A stretch of 64,000 bases of DNA, taken from the NCBI GenBank assembly GCA_963765495.1, contig CAVXWP010000008.1, positions 879,534-943,533 on the forward strand, given 5' to 3'. This stretch comes from Blastocatellia bacterium. GTDB taxonomy: Bacteria > Acidobacteriota > Blastocatellia > UBA7656. A program made the translations under genes and the position numbers. Below are positions 11,179-22,475 of the stretch, in pieces (within the stretch, counting starts at the first letter, position 1; every line of letters starts with the position of its first letter). The notes beneath the pieces are model-generated. The model was not told the DNA's origin. It ran no database searches and was given only the letters and a program-made list of their open reading frames with translations.

Positions 11179-11472
11179 ATGAACCAGCGGAGAATAACAG
11201 AATATCGAAAAGGAGATGAAATAAGTTACGGGATGCCATCCGGCATGCTATACGGCACGGTAGTCAGGGTTCTTGGAGAAGGCGACACCTCGGCGGTCGA
11301 AGTCGAGTTCGAAGACGGTCGCAAAGAGATAAAGAAAGTTCGGGACCGCGCCCTGAGTCTACTCAGACGCGCCAGCGGCAAGAGCGAGGAAGAGGAACGC
11401 CATTCCGACCGCGACCGCTTGCGCGATTATGACATAGAGCGAATCCGCCGCAGCGACCAGCGCAGACGTTGA
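11179..11472 (+). CDS. Small hypothetical protein (SH3-like beta N-terminus, charged tail)
   Basis: ORF with an upstream GGAAAGGTG SD-like sequence. Confidence 0.6.
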   Translation: MNQRRITEYRKGDEISYGMPSGMLYGTVVRVLGEGDTSAVEVEFEDGRKEIKKVRDRALSLLRRASGKSEEEERHSDRDRLRDYDIERIRRSDQRRR

Positions 11473-11493
11473 CAGGGTTTACAGGATTTCATT

Positions 11494-12012
11494 TCAAAAG
11501 AACCTGGCTAACAAATGAGACAACGGGCTGTTGTGAAAGCTCGCAGGGTTGTATAAGACTAGATAAAAGATTCGTGCCAATCCGAAAATCGCAAATGCAA
11601 TCGCAAACAGGCGAACGGCCCGGACCCTTGTTACCACCCGTTCAAATGCAAGCGCAGGCCCCCACCATTTAAGAACCACGCAAAGCGAACTCAGATATAA
11701 AAGCAAAGAGAATGCAAACAGCGGCGGCCCAATCAAATTGTAGGCGAAGGCCGCGCCAAGTTCCCCCTTCCCTATCGCGCAAAACGAATGCGTAAGACCG
11801 CAACCCGGACACGGAAGGCCCGTGAAATTCTTGAAACCGCAAAGAGTGAAATATTCGCCGTCAGCCGGTCGATAGATCAGGCTGATGATGTAGACAAGGC
11901 TGAGACCAACAAGCAAGACTATCGCAACTCGCCTTTTCTGACCCCAGATGGAGACATCAACCTGCCCTTCCGGGGCTAAATTCTGCTGATTTGTCCGGGC
12001 CGATGTGCTCAT
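11494..12012 (-). CDS. DUF2752 family membrane protein
   Basis: LCGFKNFTGLPCPGCGLTHS motif plus transmembrane segments. Confidence 0.88.
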   Translation of the reverse strand: MSTSARTNQQNLAPEGQVDVSIWGQKRRVAIVLLVGLSLVYIISLIYRPADGEYFTLCGFKNFTGLPCPGCGLTHSFCAIGKGELGAAFAYNLIGPPLFAFSLLLYLSSLCVVLKWWGPALAFERVVTRVRAVRLFAIAFAIFGLARIFYLVLYNPASFHNSPLSHLLARFF

Positions 12013-12848
12013 AACAATCTTCTGGCCAGCGCCTGACTGATCCCCCGATAAGCTCCTCCGGCAAAGCTGTCTATCAACTTTGCAAACTGCTCGGGATACT
12101 CCAACATAGGCAGGAAGCCCGAACCCGTTACAGTCGCAAGCTTCCCCGCCTGCATGCGTGAAAATATCTGGCGGGCAAGAACTGATCCGACTCTGTCTTT
12201 CTCTCCCGCCACTACCAGCATAGGAGAGTCGCTCTGCTCTATCAACTCTTCAAGCCGGGCGAAGGTAGCCGGGTCAGCCATAGAGAGCGCGGTTTCATAG
12301 GCCGCGCGCGGGCTGAGGTCTGCGAAATCATTAAACAGCCTGTCGCGCTCCGGTTGCGGTGCGCGGCGAAACCTCCAGCCAATTACGGTGCGGATAAAGG
12401 GAAATGCCGCGAGTTCGCGCAATGCAAGCGAGGCAGGCGTAAAAAGAGCCAGTTTTTTCACCTCTTTTTCGGAGATACCCGAACGCGGGCTGACCAGTAC
12501 AAGGGCGCGCATATCCTGCGGATGAAGGCTAGCCAGAGCGGCTGTGACAAGTCCTCCTAACTCGTGTCCGATCAACACCGAATCGAAAAAATCGGCGTGA
12601 GTCAGTATGGAGTGCAAATCTTCGGCGTGGTCTTCGATGTCAAACCTCGCGTGGACGGATGCGGGTTGCGAGCGCCCGACGCCACGCGGATCGAAGATCA
12701 GACACCTGTATTTGCGCTCAAGCAATCGGACCACCGGTCGCCAGCATTCGCAACTCATTGCCCAGCCGCTTGAAAAAACAATAGGCGGTCCCGCGCCTGT
12801 GACCTCGTAATAAAGCGGCCCGTCTTTTGTTTTCAGAATTATCGACAT
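12009..12848 (-). CDS. Alpha/beta-hydrolase fold protein with degenerate catalytic residues
   Basis: FDPRGVGRS; GHELGG in place of GHSxGG; GSGFLP in place of GxGHxP. Confidence 0.85.
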   Translation of the reverse strand: MSIILKTKDGPLYYEVTGAGPPIVFSSGWAMSCECWRPVVRLLERKYRCLIFDPRGVGRSQPASVHARFDIEDHAEDLHSILTHADFFDSVLIGHELGGLVTAALASLHPQDMRALVLVSPRSGISEKEVKKLALFTPASLALRELAAFPFIRTVIGWRFRRAPQPERDRLFNDFADLSPRAAYETALSMADPATFARLEELIEQSDSPMLVVAGEKDRVGSVLARQIFSRMQAGKLATVTGSGFLPMLEYPEQFAKLIDSFAGGAYRGISQALARRLL

Positions 12849-12950
12849 AAATTTCTTTATCGCACCGATTACCTTAATCTGCAATCCGAAGCCGGTCAAG
12901 AACGACCGCTCGCCGCGCTCAAGTAGTATCTGTTCAGAAACGGGATAATA

Positions 12951-13019
12951 GCCACAGAGACACAAAGACACAGAGATTTCTTTTATATTCTTCTCTCTGT
13001 GGTTCTGTGGCTCTGTGGC
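12951..13019. repeat. Palindrome of 9-bp units (CACAGAG / CTCTGTG)
   Basis: gccacagagacacaaagacacagag ... ctctgtggttctgtggctctgtggc. Confidence 0.8.
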
Positions 13020-13109
13020 TAATCTGAACTTCTCACCCCAGGAGAATTCTTGACACGCAGAGAGGCGACGGGTAAGATTCGCATTTCGCCTGTGAGGCGG
13101 AAAGCTGTC

Positions 13110-13573
13110 ATGCAGTCAGCCGATGAAGATTTCATGCGCGAGGCCCTGGCGGAAGCCGAGACCGCGTTGCTGGAAGGTGAGGTCCCGGTAGGAGCGGTCA
13201 TCACCCTCGAAGGCCGAATCATAGGCCGGGGTCATAACCGGGTTATAGGCAGAAATGACCCGACCGCTCACGCCGAAGTGATGGCGCTCAGAGATGCAGC
13301 GAGGCAGATCGGCAATTATCGGTTGACCGACGCTACGCTGTACTCGACTATCGAACCTTGCGCGATGTGCGCCGGAGCGATAGTCCACGCGCGAATTGCG
13401 CGGCTGGTATACGGGGCCCCGGACCCCAAGGCGGGAGCCGTAGAGACACATTTCGGCATCTGCACTGCGGATTTTTTGAACCATCGGGTGGGGGTAAAAG
13501 GGCGTGTCCTTGAGGACGAAAGCCGCTCGATGATACAATCTTTTTTTCGCCGGAAGCGGAAGGGCGACATTGC

Positions 13574-13595
<22 letters not shown>
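13110..13595 (+). CDS. tadA: tRNA adenosine(34) deaminase
   Basis: [26 protein letters not shown]+R C-terminus. Confidence 0.93.
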
Positions 13596-13663
<68 letters not shown>

Positions 13664-13666
13664 CCT

Positions 13667-13750
13667 GGATTTTAGATTTTAGATTTTAGATTTTGGATTC
13701 TTTGGGAAACTCGCTTTGAAATCCAAAATCTAAAATCCAAAATCTAAAAT
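13667..13750. repeat. Palindrome of 7-bp units (ATTTTAG / CTAAAAT) between the tRNAs
   Basis: ggattttagattttagattttagattttggatt ... aatccaaaatctaaaatccaaaatctaaaat. Confidence 0.85.
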
Positions 13751-13752
13751 AG

Positions 13753-13842
<90 letters not shown>

Positions 13843-13855
13843 CCACGCTTTGCTT

Positions 13856-13955
13856 GATCTCAGATTTGACATCTGAAATCTGAGAGATGGATTTCGAGAT
13901 ATTTGAAGAGTTTTGATTTGCCGGATCTCAAATGTCAGATGTCAAATCTGAGGTC
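13856..13955. repeat. Inverted repeat with 7-bp periodic arms between tRNA-Ser and ffs
   Basis: gatctcagatttgacatctgaaatctgag ... ctcaaatgtcagatgtcaaatctgaggtc. Confidence 0.75.
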
Positions 13956-13962
13956 CGTTTGA

Positions 13963-14064
13963 CAGGCTCCGGTCGTTGCGCAATTGCGCGGCTGCAAACC
14001 CCGCCAGGCCGGGAACGGAGCAACGGTAGCGGTACGCGGATGTGCGTGGCTTCACCGGAGCCTG
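13963..14064 (+). ncRNA. ffs: Signal recognition particle RNA (4.5S, small bacterial type)
   Basis: Terminal stem CAGGCTCCGGT/ACCGGAGCCTG; domain IV-like CCGCCAGGCCGGGAACGGAGCAACGG; canonical tadA-tRNASer-ffs-dnaX context. Confidence 0.88.
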
Positions 14065-14216
14065 ACCAGTCTTTCACCTTTGCAATGTCCACTTGCGACC
14101 TTCAAGCGGTAGTTCCTTTCATCTTGCAACTCGTGTGGCTACGGCTTAGACTGAATTGGAACGCGCCGCTCCGTGTCAGGGCGGCCCTTTAGTTTAATCC
14201 CGGAAACGGCTAGTCA

Positions 14217-16127
14217 ATGTCTGATTCACAGGTCATAGCAAGAAAATTCAGGCCGAAGACCTTCGATCAGGTGATCGGGCAAGAGGCCATTACGCGCACC
14301 CTGAGCAATGCGCTCACCTCCGGGCGCATCCACCACGCATACCTCTTTACCGGCGCTCGCGGAGTCGGAAAGACAACAACCGCGCGCATCCTGGCGAAGG
14401 CGCTAAATTGTGTAAAGGGAATCACTATCGACCCGTGCGGAGAGTGCGCCTCATGCCTTGAGATCGCCGGGTCCAGGTCCATAGATGTGCTCGAAATTGA
14501 TGCCGCATCGAATACGGGTGTAGATAACGTCCGCGAAGTTATTATCAATTCCATCCAGATCGCTCCGGCGCGCGACCGTTACAAGATTTTTATTATTGAC
14601 GAGGTCCATCAATTATCAACGCCCGCCTTCAACGCGCTGCTAAAGACGCTCGAAGAGCCGCCTCCAAATGTGGCCTTTATCATGGCTACGACCGAACTGC
14701 ACAAGGTACCGGAAACGATACTGTCGCGCTGTCAGGTATTTGAATTCCGTACGATTACGATAAAGAAGTTATTCGACCAGCTTCGACACATTGCCGATAA
14801 CCTCGGAGTAAAGATAAGCGACGCGGCATTGCTCGCAATCGCGCGAGCGGGCGAAGGCTCTATGCGCGATGCCGAATCTGCGCTGGATCAGGTTATAAGT
14901 TTTGCCGGACTGGTTGTGAGCGACGATGACGTATCGGCGGCGCTCGGTCTTGTCGATATAGAGACATTAAATACGACCCTTCGCGCAATCGGCGAGCAGG
15001 ACGCTTTGAGCGTCCTCAGAATCGTTGATGAAGTAGTCTCGCGCGGCTACGACTTGAGGAACTTCTGCCGCGAGATGATGACTCATATAAGGGCGCTGCT
15101 TGTCACAAAGATAGTTGGATTCGAACCCGAGCTGCTCCAACTGCCGCCGGGTGAAGGAGAGCAGATAGTCCGTCTCGCCGAGATGTTTTCCGAACAGGAC
15201 CTCTTGCGTTTTTTTTCGATACTTACCCGAACCGAACAGGACATCAGGGTCTCTTCACAGCCGCGTCTTCAATTGGAAGTGGGGTTGATAAAGCTCGTTC
15301 ATGCGGGCCGCCTGCATCTGCTGGAAGAGGCCCTCAATCAGATTCAGGAGCTAGGCTCTCGTCTTGGCGCTGGAGGGCAGATATCGGCGCGCGAGGTTCG
15401 TTCATCAGGGTACGCTCCGGCGCGGGAAAGCGCGAAGAGTTCCCCTCCACTTGCCCGCCCGGCTACGGGGCAGACCCCTACACCCGCAGACAAGATAAGC
15501 CTGCCGCCTTCGCGCCCTTCATCGAGCGCGGGTAAGCAAACCTCTGCAAGCGAGGCTCGACCGGCAGAAAGCTTGCCAACAGCGAGTCCGCGGAGGCGGG
15601 AACCACCTGCTCAAATGGAAGGGGCGCAACCGCCAAAGCCCGAGCCGCCTTCCGCGCCCCCGGGCTTTGATGAGCCGCCCGACATGTTTGAAGTCTCGTC
15701 ACGCGAGGTTGATGAGTCAATGAAGGGTGAACCCGCTTCGGTTGCGAGCGGAGATGAGGTTGAGAGAATTAAGAATGCCATTGAGGCCCGAGGGAAGATG
15801 ATGTTGTTTTCGATCCTCAATCAAGTCGAAAGCATGAAAGTGGATGGGGATATTCTTAGGATAGTATTTCCGGCGGTGGGGATTTTGTTTAAGAATAAGA
15901 TTCAGTCCCGCGAGAATCAGAAATTTATAGAGGAGGTCAGCCGGGAAGTCCTCGGCCGTCCTCTGTCATTATCGGTGACAATCAGCGGACAGGCCTCTGC
16001 CGGGGAATCAGCGAAGAAGACCAGCAAGACGACAGCCAACAGAAAACACGTCGAGGATGATCCTAAAATTCGCGCCCTGGCTGATAAATTCCACGGCAGT
16101 ATCGAGGTAGTAAAACCGGAAGGTTAA
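14217..16127 (+). CDS. dnaX: DNA polymerase III subunits gamma/tau
   Basis: [35 protein letters not shown]. Confidence 0.97.
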   Translation: MSDSQVIARKFRPKTFDQVIGQEAITRTLSNALTSGRIHHAYLFTGARGVGKTTTARILAKALNCVKGITIDPCGECASCLEIAGSRSIDVLEIDAASNTGVDNVREVIINSIQIAPARDRYKIFIIDEVHQLSTPAFNALLKTLEEPPPNVAFIMATTELHKVPETILSRCQVFEFRTITIKKLFDQLRHIADNLGVKISDAALLAIARAGEGSMRDAESALDQVISFAGLVVSDDDVSAALGLVDIETLNTTLRAIGEQDALSVLRIVDEVVSRGYDLRNFCREMMTHIRALLVTKIVGFEPELLQLPPGEGEQIVRLAEMFSEQDLLRFFSILTRTEQDIRVSSQPRLQLEVGLIKLVHAGRLHLLEEALNQIQELGSRLGAGGQISAREVRSSGYAPARESAKSSPPLARPATGQTPTPADKISLPPSRPSSSAGKQTSASEARPAESLPTASPRRREPPAQMEGAQPPKPEPPSAPPGFDEPPDMFEVSSREVDESMKGEPASVASGDEVERIKNAIEARGKMMLFSILNQVESMKVDGDILRIVFPAVGILFKNKIQSRENQKFIEEVSREVLGRPLSLSVTISGQASAGESAKKTSKTTANRKHVEDDPKIRALADKFHGSIEVVKPEG

Positions 16128-16224
16128 AACTCTACCCGCGATACTGTTTGCTTATTCGATTGTTACCGCGAGGAATTTGATAGAATACTTCAGCCAGGAA
16201 CAGACACAGGAGGGTGAATCAGAT

Positions 16225-16545
16225 ATGAAATTGCCAGGTGGATTCGACATCAACCAGATGATGAAGCAGGCACAGGAAATGCAGGAAGAGATGCAACGCG
16301 AAATGCAGCAATTGCGCGTAGACGCCACCGCAGGTGGCGGCATAATCCACGTTAAGATGAACGGGGCCAAAGAACTCGTCGAGATCGTAATAGACCCGGA
16401 GGCCGTCAAGAATGGCGATGTCGAGATGTTACAAGACCTGATCGTCGCCGCCGTAAACGAAGCGGGGCGAAAAGTGGATGAAGGAATGAAGGGCAAATTA
16501 GGCTCGAAACTCGGCGGAATGGGTCTTCCAGACGGGTTGCTGTAA
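16225..16545 (+). CDS. ybaB: YbaB/EbfC nucleoid-associated protein
   Basis: [29 protein letters not shown]; position between dnaX and recR. Confidence 0.95.
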   Translation: MKLPGGFDINQMMKQAQEMQEEMQREMQQLRVDATAGGGIIHVKMNGAKELVEIVIDPEAVKNGDVEMLQDLIVAAVNEAGRKVDEGMKGKLGSKLGGMGLPDGLL

Positions 16546-16621
16546 ATTCGATTTCAGGGAGAGACATTCAGGCACCGCAAGCGGGTCGCAATCCGCCCGC
16601 GGTGCCTGAGCAGTAAAATAA

Positions 16622-17221
<600 letters not shown>

Positions 17222-17226
17222 GAGTG

Positions 17227-17350
17227 GGGGTCAGGGGTCGGGGGCCAGGGGCCGGGGTTAACGCTTATTTCCCCACGGCATATAAAAATTTTTCTGGGTT
17301 CAAAATCGGCGACATCTGGAACCGGCCCCTGGCCCCCGGCCCCCGGCCCC
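17227..17350. repeat. Palindrome of G-rich 7-bp units (GGGGYCR / YGRCCCC)
   Basis: ggggtcaggggtcggggcc-aggggccggggt ... ccggcccctggcccccggcccccggcccc, between convergent genes. Confidence 0.85.
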
Positions 17351-18930
17351 TAGTAAGTATTGTCGCCCTTCATCATCACAGGGACGGTCTTTATCATAAT
17401 CTTCAGGTCCAGCCACGGCGACCAGTTTTCGATATAAAAGACATCAAGGCGGACCATCTCTTCAAAGTGGAGACGATTTCTTCCGCTCACCTGCCACAGC
17501 CCGGTTATGCCCGGCTTGACGTGAAATCGCGCCCTGTGCCAGTCCTTGTAATGGCGCACTTCATAAGGGATGGGTGGGCGCGGGCCGACTATGCTCATCT
17601 GGCCTATCAGCACATTTAGCACCTGTGGCAACTCGTCTATCGAGTAGCGGCGCATCCAGCTACCTATCTTTGTCAGCCTCGGGTCATCTTTAACCTTGCC
17701 GTAGATGGGTTTTTCGGCAGAGCCTTGATTGACGTCTTCGCCCTTTATCATTCGCGCCATCAAATCACGATGCGCCCGGTCTTCTACACCGTCTTTCATC
17801 GAGCGAAACTTGATCATCAAAAACATCTTGCCGTCCATCCCCACGCGCTCCTGTCTGAGAAAGACCGGGCCGCGTGATTCGAGTCTTATCAGGATGGCAA
17901 GGGCCAGCCAGAATGGCCAGCTTACAAGGATGAGCAATATCGCCACGACGACATCCATCCCCCGCTTGAGCGCCTTTTGCGGTCCCCGCAGAGGCTCTTC
18001 AAACAGCTTTATCATCGGCAGCGTGCCGATGGTCGCTATCTCGGTCTTGCCCGGCAGACAATCGAAGAGGTTGGGAATCACTCTGTACTTGATGTGATGA
18101 TTGCGCCCGCATTCCATCAATATTTCGAACATCTTCCTCGGGTTGATGCGAGTGTCTGTGACAAGTATCTCTTCAATGCCAAATCTTTTAACGAGATCGG
18201 GCAGGTCATCAAACTTCCCGAGCATCCTCACGTTGTAGCCTTCGAGCGAGGTGGCCGATTCGCGTGAGCCCACCGCGACAACCCCCACAAGCTTGTAACC
18301 GAGTCGCGGCTTTTCGGAAATCTCGGATATACACAACTGGGCCATCTCTCCGCTTCCAACTATGATTGTGGGAATCAGGTTGCGCTCGTTCGCGCGATAG
18401 ATTATTTGAACGACGCGCACGACCGCTCTGATGGCCGTAAACACAAACAACGAGATCAGCCAGTCCAGAACAAAGACGAGACGTGAATAAGAAAAATCGA
18501 GATACTCGAGTTCACCATCCCGGTAAGAGAAGCCCTGCCGGAAAAGAAAGGCAAAAAGGACCAGCACCAGAAAGGCGAGGGTCGCGGCTTTGAAAATCAG
18601 GAAAAAATCTCCCGAAAACGAGAATTCCCCTCTCAGTCTGTAGAGGCCGTATCTCCGCAAGGCATAAATCTTTATCACCGGAGCAAGCAACAGGAGGCCG
18701 AAATAAGGCTCAAACTCCAGGGCGATGCCCAAAGGCAGAAACCCCGCATGAGACCATAGAAAGACGGGCGTTGAGTGGCGCAACTGGAATGACAGGATAA
18801 AAGCCAGAACTGAAAGGAAGAAATCCACCAGAACAAGCAAGGCTACGGGAATGACCGACCAGGCCAGACTGCGCGTCCGCGCAAGCGGATTTATTGAGTT
18901 GTCAGCTACTGTGGCTGCCGTATTAGACAT
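17350..18930 (-). CDS. Polyprenyl-phosphate sugar phosphotransferase (WcaJ/bacterial sugar transferase family)
   Basis: N-terminal TM helices; KFRSM, DDPRLT, SIDELPQ, GQMSIVGPRP, KPGITGLWQVSGR. Confidence 0.94.
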   Translation of the reverse strand: MSNTAATVADNSINPLARTRSLAWSVIPVALLVLVDFFLSVLAFILSFQLRHSTPVFLWSHAGFLPLGIALEFEPYFGLLLLAPVIKIYALRRYGLYRLRGEFSFSGDFFLIFKAATLAFLVLVLFAFLFRQGFSYRDGELEYLDFSYSRLVFVLDWLISLFVFTAIRAVVRVVQIIYRANERNLIPTIIVGSGEMAQLCISEISEKPRLGYKLVGVVAVGSRESATSLEGYNVRMLGKFDDLPDLVKRFGIEEILVTDTRINPRKMFEILMECGRNHHIKYRVIPNLFDCLPGKTEIATIGTLPMIKLFEEPLRGPQKALKRGMDVVVAILLILVSWPFWLALAILIRLESRGPVFLRQERVGMDGKMFLMIKFRSMKDGVEDRAHRDLMARMIKGEDVNQGSAEKPIYGKVKDDPRLTKIGSWMRRYSIDELPQVLNVLIGQMSIVGPRPPIPYEVRHYKDWHRARFHVKPGITGLWQVSGRNRLHFEEMVRLDVFYIENWSPWLDLKIMIKTVPVMMKGDNTY

Positions 18931-20146
18931 CTGTATTTATTGAACCTCGCGAAAGGTAGAGACTCAAGGCATAAAGCATCCACGCTTGCGCCCATCTCAT
19001 ATAGGGAACCCTGATCGTATAAAAGCGGTGACGTTGAAAGTAGAAGAATCCGGCCTCATCTTGCAGGTTCGCGATGGCCCATCTGAGAGCCTGGCCGGCA
19101 AATTCTTCCGTCTGTGGCATCAGGTCGATCATCTCAACAAAAGTTATTATACTCTGCGCCGCGCTATGCGCGTCTATCGGATAAAGCTTGTCATGATAAT
19201 ATTTGGGGGTGTAGTCCGCAAGAAAGAAACTATCGCGGTAAAATTTATAGCCCCGCTCAAGGTTTTCACGCCAGCGGCTCTCTCCGAGGTATTCTATGAT
19301 ATGTCTTAGAGACACAAGGACAAATCCTGTGTGGAAACCATCAATCCAGGTTTGATTTCTGTCTTCGCCATAAGGCCACGATCCATCGGAAGCCTGTCTT
19401 GCGAGCGTATAGGAGACGGCCCGCCTCGCAGCGTCACGGTATTCCTCTTTTCCATTCCTGCTTGCGACGCGAGCAAGCAACTCAGCCGCAAGCAGGTTCA
19501 CATTATGCACGCGGGACCTGTCAAGCGGCGTATAGCTAAAACAGTGCGCGTCCGCGTCCATAGCGCGATTGAGGCGGTCGAGTATAAATCTGCAACTGCT
19601 TTCGGCCACTTCTAGCGCCTCAGGGTTCCCGCTCATTTCAAACCAGTCGAGATAGGCTTTCGCGGCAAAGACCGTGCACACGACATTGGGCGTGCCTCGC
19701 GGGGCAAAGAATGCTCGCGATTGCCAGTCGAAATTATAGCCCCAGCAAGCTTCTTCATAATCCGCGCTTCGCAGCCTGTCGAGCGAATTGATCAAAAACT
19801 TAAGATCATCTTGCAGGTGGGCGGCGATTTCATTTGAGTGGTTGGAACCCGGAGTCCTGCCGTAGTGCCTTAGAAGGCGAAGGACGGCCCGCGATGAAAG
19901 GGCCACGCCTTTTGGGTTTAGTTCTTTTCTGATACCGAGGATCGGGCGAAGGTTTACGGGGCTTCGTTTTATCATCTGAATCAAGACGGTTCTGCCCAAT
20001 TTGCTCCCGGCAGAGAGAGCGCCCGCGCCAAACGCATTCAACCCGTCATAGGGGTCATAACCCGCCCAGCCTTGCGCGCGGCAATACCGAATGAGTTTGC
20101 CAAGCGCCCGCTCGCACAGATTATCTGTATCGACCTCGGTGTACAT
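18923..20146 (-). CDS. (alpha/alpha)-barrel-like protein of polysaccharide gene clusters, function unknown
   Basis: GYDPYDGLN, WGYNFDWQSR, WIDGFHTG, YMRWAQAW motifs; coupled to the sugar transferase. Confidence 0.7.
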   Translation of the reverse strand: MYTEVDTDNLCERALGKLIRYCRAQGWAGYDPYDGLNAFGAGALSAGSKLGRTVLIQMIKRSPVNLRPILGIRKELNPKGVALSSRAVLRLLRHYGRTPGSNHSNEIAAHLQDDLKFLINSLDRLRSADYEEACWGYNFDWQSRAFFAPRGTPNVVCTVFAAKAYLDWFEMSGNPEALEVAESSCRFILDRLNRAMDADAHCFSYTPLDRSRVHNVNLLAAELLARVASRNGKEEYRDAARRAVSYTLARQASDGSWPYGEDRNQTWIDGFHTGFVLVSLRHIIEYLGESRWRENLERGYKFYRDSFFLADYTPKYYHDKLYPIDAHSAAQSIITFVEMIDLMPQTEEFAGQALRWAIANLQDEAGFFYFQRHRFYTIRVPYMRWAQAWMLYALSLYLSRGSINTDV

Positions 20147-20257
20147 TGATACGTGATGCGTGATACGTGATGCGTGATGCGTGATGCGTGATTTATGAAG
20201 TTTGTTGTGAGCTTATCGACAGGCAATTGCCTGAAAGTCACGCTTCACGTATCACGC
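20147..20257. repeat. Palindrome of 7-bp units (TGATRCG)n
   Basis: Six tandem tgatacg/tgatgcg units, then tcacgcttcacgtatcacgc. Confidence 0.85.
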
Positions 20258-20265
20258 TTAACGTT

Positions 20266-20748
20266 TCACATCACCTCGATGGGAATATCTATATTGATCG
20301 TTTGCGGACGTAAACATGCCTGATCATTGCACGCCTGCACGGTGAGCTTTGCCTTTAGCGTCTTTTGGCCTGTAGCCATGGAAGGCAGTGCGCGGGCAGT
20401 GAATTTTACTATTGTCTTGCCCTCGAAAACCGACATTGGCACATTTGAGAATTCGAATTTTTGCGATTTTGCTTTCGGGTAAATGATTTTGGAGATGGTA
20501 AATCCCGGCAGGCTTTCGAATTTTAATGCGGTTGGTATCAGGAATTTTTCAGCCGGGCGGTTGGAATTTATGTGATACCCATCTTCTATGTTGATCACGA
20601 CCGCAAGCCCTGCCGAGGAGCCTTTCTTTATCTTATAAACCGATTCGGCGGGGCTGGCCTTTACAACTTTCGAAGATGTTTGCGCCAGCGCCGGGGCGCT
20701 CAAACAACCAAACAAGAGAAAAAATAATAGCCTGCTTAACTTCATCAT
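20266..20748 (-). CDS. Secreted DsbD N-terminal-domain protein
   Basis: GYHINSN, VQACNDQACLRP. Confidence 0.85.
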   Translation of the reverse strand: MMKLSRLLFFLLFGCLSAPALAQTSSKVVKASPAESVYKIKKGSSAGLAVVINIEDGYHINSNRPAEKFLIPTALKFESLPGFTISKIIYPKAKSQKFEFSNVPMSVFEGKTIVKFTARALPSMATGQKTLKAKLTVQACNDQACLRPQTINIDIPIEVM

Positions 20749-20870
20749 ACCTCCTTTAAATCAAATCTTTTGTAACCATAAGAAAAAGAGCATCCGAGCA
20801 TCCGGTCTCTGCTACTTTGATATGATAAACGATTGAGCCGACAAGTTGCACGCTCGATTCAGGTCAACCG

Positions 20871-21263
20871 TCAGTGCAGATATATCTCGATGACGCGATT
20901 CTGAAGTTCGGGATCATAAATTACCGAGAGCAGATCGCCGTTGTTGACTTCCGCCGCTGTTATGGTCTCTTCGTCACGGGCCTCATCGGTAAGCAGGCCG
21001 AACAGATCTGTGCCGGAAGCACTCGCCGGAGCATTGCCTACGAGATCATTCTCTCGCGCCAGCACCGTCACTTCCGCAAAGTCTCTTGCGGGCCTGATCG
21101 TAATGAGCAATCTCTCTTTTCCGAGTCTCTCAATTTTGACTACTTCCCCACGGACGGCCAGGAGTTGTTTTGGAGCGGTTGCTTTTTGACTTTGAAGCGC
21201 AGATGTCTTTGTGGATAAAAGTAAGACCGCGAAAAGAAATAAAAGAGCCTTGAAGGTCTGCAT
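20871..21263 (-). CDS. Secreted hypothetical protein
   Basis: Signal peptide; OB-like beta pattern. Confidence 0.65.
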   Translation of the reverse strand: MQTFKALLFLFAVLLLSTKTSALQSQKATAPKQLLAVRGEVVKIERLGKERLLITIRPARDFAEVTVLARENDLVGNAPASASGTDLFGLLTDEARDEETITAAEVNNGDLLSVIYDPELQNRVIEIYLH

Positions 21264-21468
21264 GGTGGTTCGCTTCCCCGAGTTGATTTTGTTTTGAATC
21301 GCTAATAATCAAAACGGGGAGATCAGCGACTACGGTGTTTATACTACTACGCTATGACCCGGTCATCAAGCATCAGGAAGTAAGAAATGGGTGGGTGGAG
21401 GCTTACACATAGAGCTTTTGATTTGTTAGACTGTCGGCATTCAAATGCAATCTTGAGGAGGCTCATTT

Positions 21469-22365
21469 ATGCCACGAATAGTCAGATGCGGGTTGATACA
21501 GGCGGCCAATGAAGTTTCTGCCGACAGCCCCGTTGAGCGCATTAAACAGGCGATGATTGACAAGCACATTCGCATGATCGGGGAGGCGGCCAGAGGCGGC
21601 GTGCAGATCATCTGTTTGCAGGAACTTTTTTATGGGCCTTACTTCCCTGCCGAACAGAATCCGCACTGGTACGAGATGGTCGAACGCATACCCGATGGTC
21701 CAACCACTCAACTGATGTGCGAGGTAGCGCGTCAACATCAGATGGTCATCGTTGTGCCTGTTTACGAAGAGGAGATGACGGGGGTCTACTATAACACGGC
21801 GGCTGTAATCGATGCGGACGGGAGGTATCTGGGCAAGTATCGCAAGACTCACATCCCGCACTGTCTGCCCGGTTTCTGGGAAAAATTCTATTTCACGCCC
21901 GGCAATCTGGGCTTTCCCGTCTTTGATACCCGGTATGCCCGCATAGGCGTTTACATTTGCTACGACCGTCACTTTCCCGAAGGCGCACGCGCGCTCGGGC
22001 TAAACGGCGCAGAGATAGTCTTCATCCCCTCGGCCACAACCAAAGGGCACGCCGATTACCTGTGGGAGTTGGAACAGAGAGCGCACGCCGTTGCAAACGG
22101 ATACTTCGTAGGCACTATCAACCGAGTGGGAACGGAAGCGCCCTGGAACGTAGGCGAGTTTTTTGGTTCATCTTATTTTGCAAACCCGGACGGGCAGATA
22201 CTGGCCAAAGGCAGCGAAGACAAAGACGAGACTGTAATAGCAGACCTCGACCTTGAAGAGATTCGCGCGGTGCGAACTCACTGGCAATTCTATCGCGACC
22301 GCCGTCCTGAAATGTATGGGCCGCTTTGCGGCGGGGGCCAGGGGCCGGGGGTCGGGGGCCGGTAA
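21469..22365 (+). CDS. Nitrilase-superfamily carbon-nitrogen hydrolase (beta-ureidopropionase-like)
   Basis: CLQELF, KYRKTHIP, FWEKFYF, ICYDRHFPEG (E-K-C triad). Confidence 0.9.
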   Translation: MPRIVRCGLIQAANEVSADSPVERIKQAMIDKHIRMIGEAARGGVQIICLQELFYGPYFPAEQNPHWYEMVERIPDGPTTQLMCEVARQHQMVIVVPVYEEEMTGVYYNTAAVIDADGRYLGKYRKTHIPHCLPGFWEKFYFTPGNLGFPVFDTRYARIGVYICYDRHFPEGARALGLNGAEIVFIPSATTKGHADYLWELEQRAHAVANGYFVGTINRVGTEAPWNVGEFFGSSYFANPDGQILAKGSEDKDETVIADLDLEEIRAVRTHWQFYRDRRPEMYGPLCGGGQGPGVGGR

Positions 22366-22475
22366 AATTTCAATGGACAAAAGGTTTTGCATAGATGAAT
22401 GACGGATAGCCCCGCGATACCGCGTTATTTTCGGGGCTCGATCACTGGCCCCCGGCCCCCGGCCCCTGGCCCCTG
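22333..22475. repeat. G-rich 7-bp palindromic element overlapping the 3' ends of two convergent genes
   Basis: gggggccaggggccgggggtcgggggccgg ... ctggcccccggcccccggcccctggccccc. Confidence 0.85.

Noticed and set aside
13932-14192. 86-aa ORF upstream of dnaX
   Set aside because: Overlaps the SRP RNA and a palindromic repeat
15300-15780. dnaX programmed -1 frameshift site
   Set aside because: No A-AAA-AAG or long A run seen; the Pro-rich linker is normal for DnaX
17224-17619. 131-aa ORF after recR
   Set aside because: Made of the G-rich repeat plus antisense of the sugar transferase
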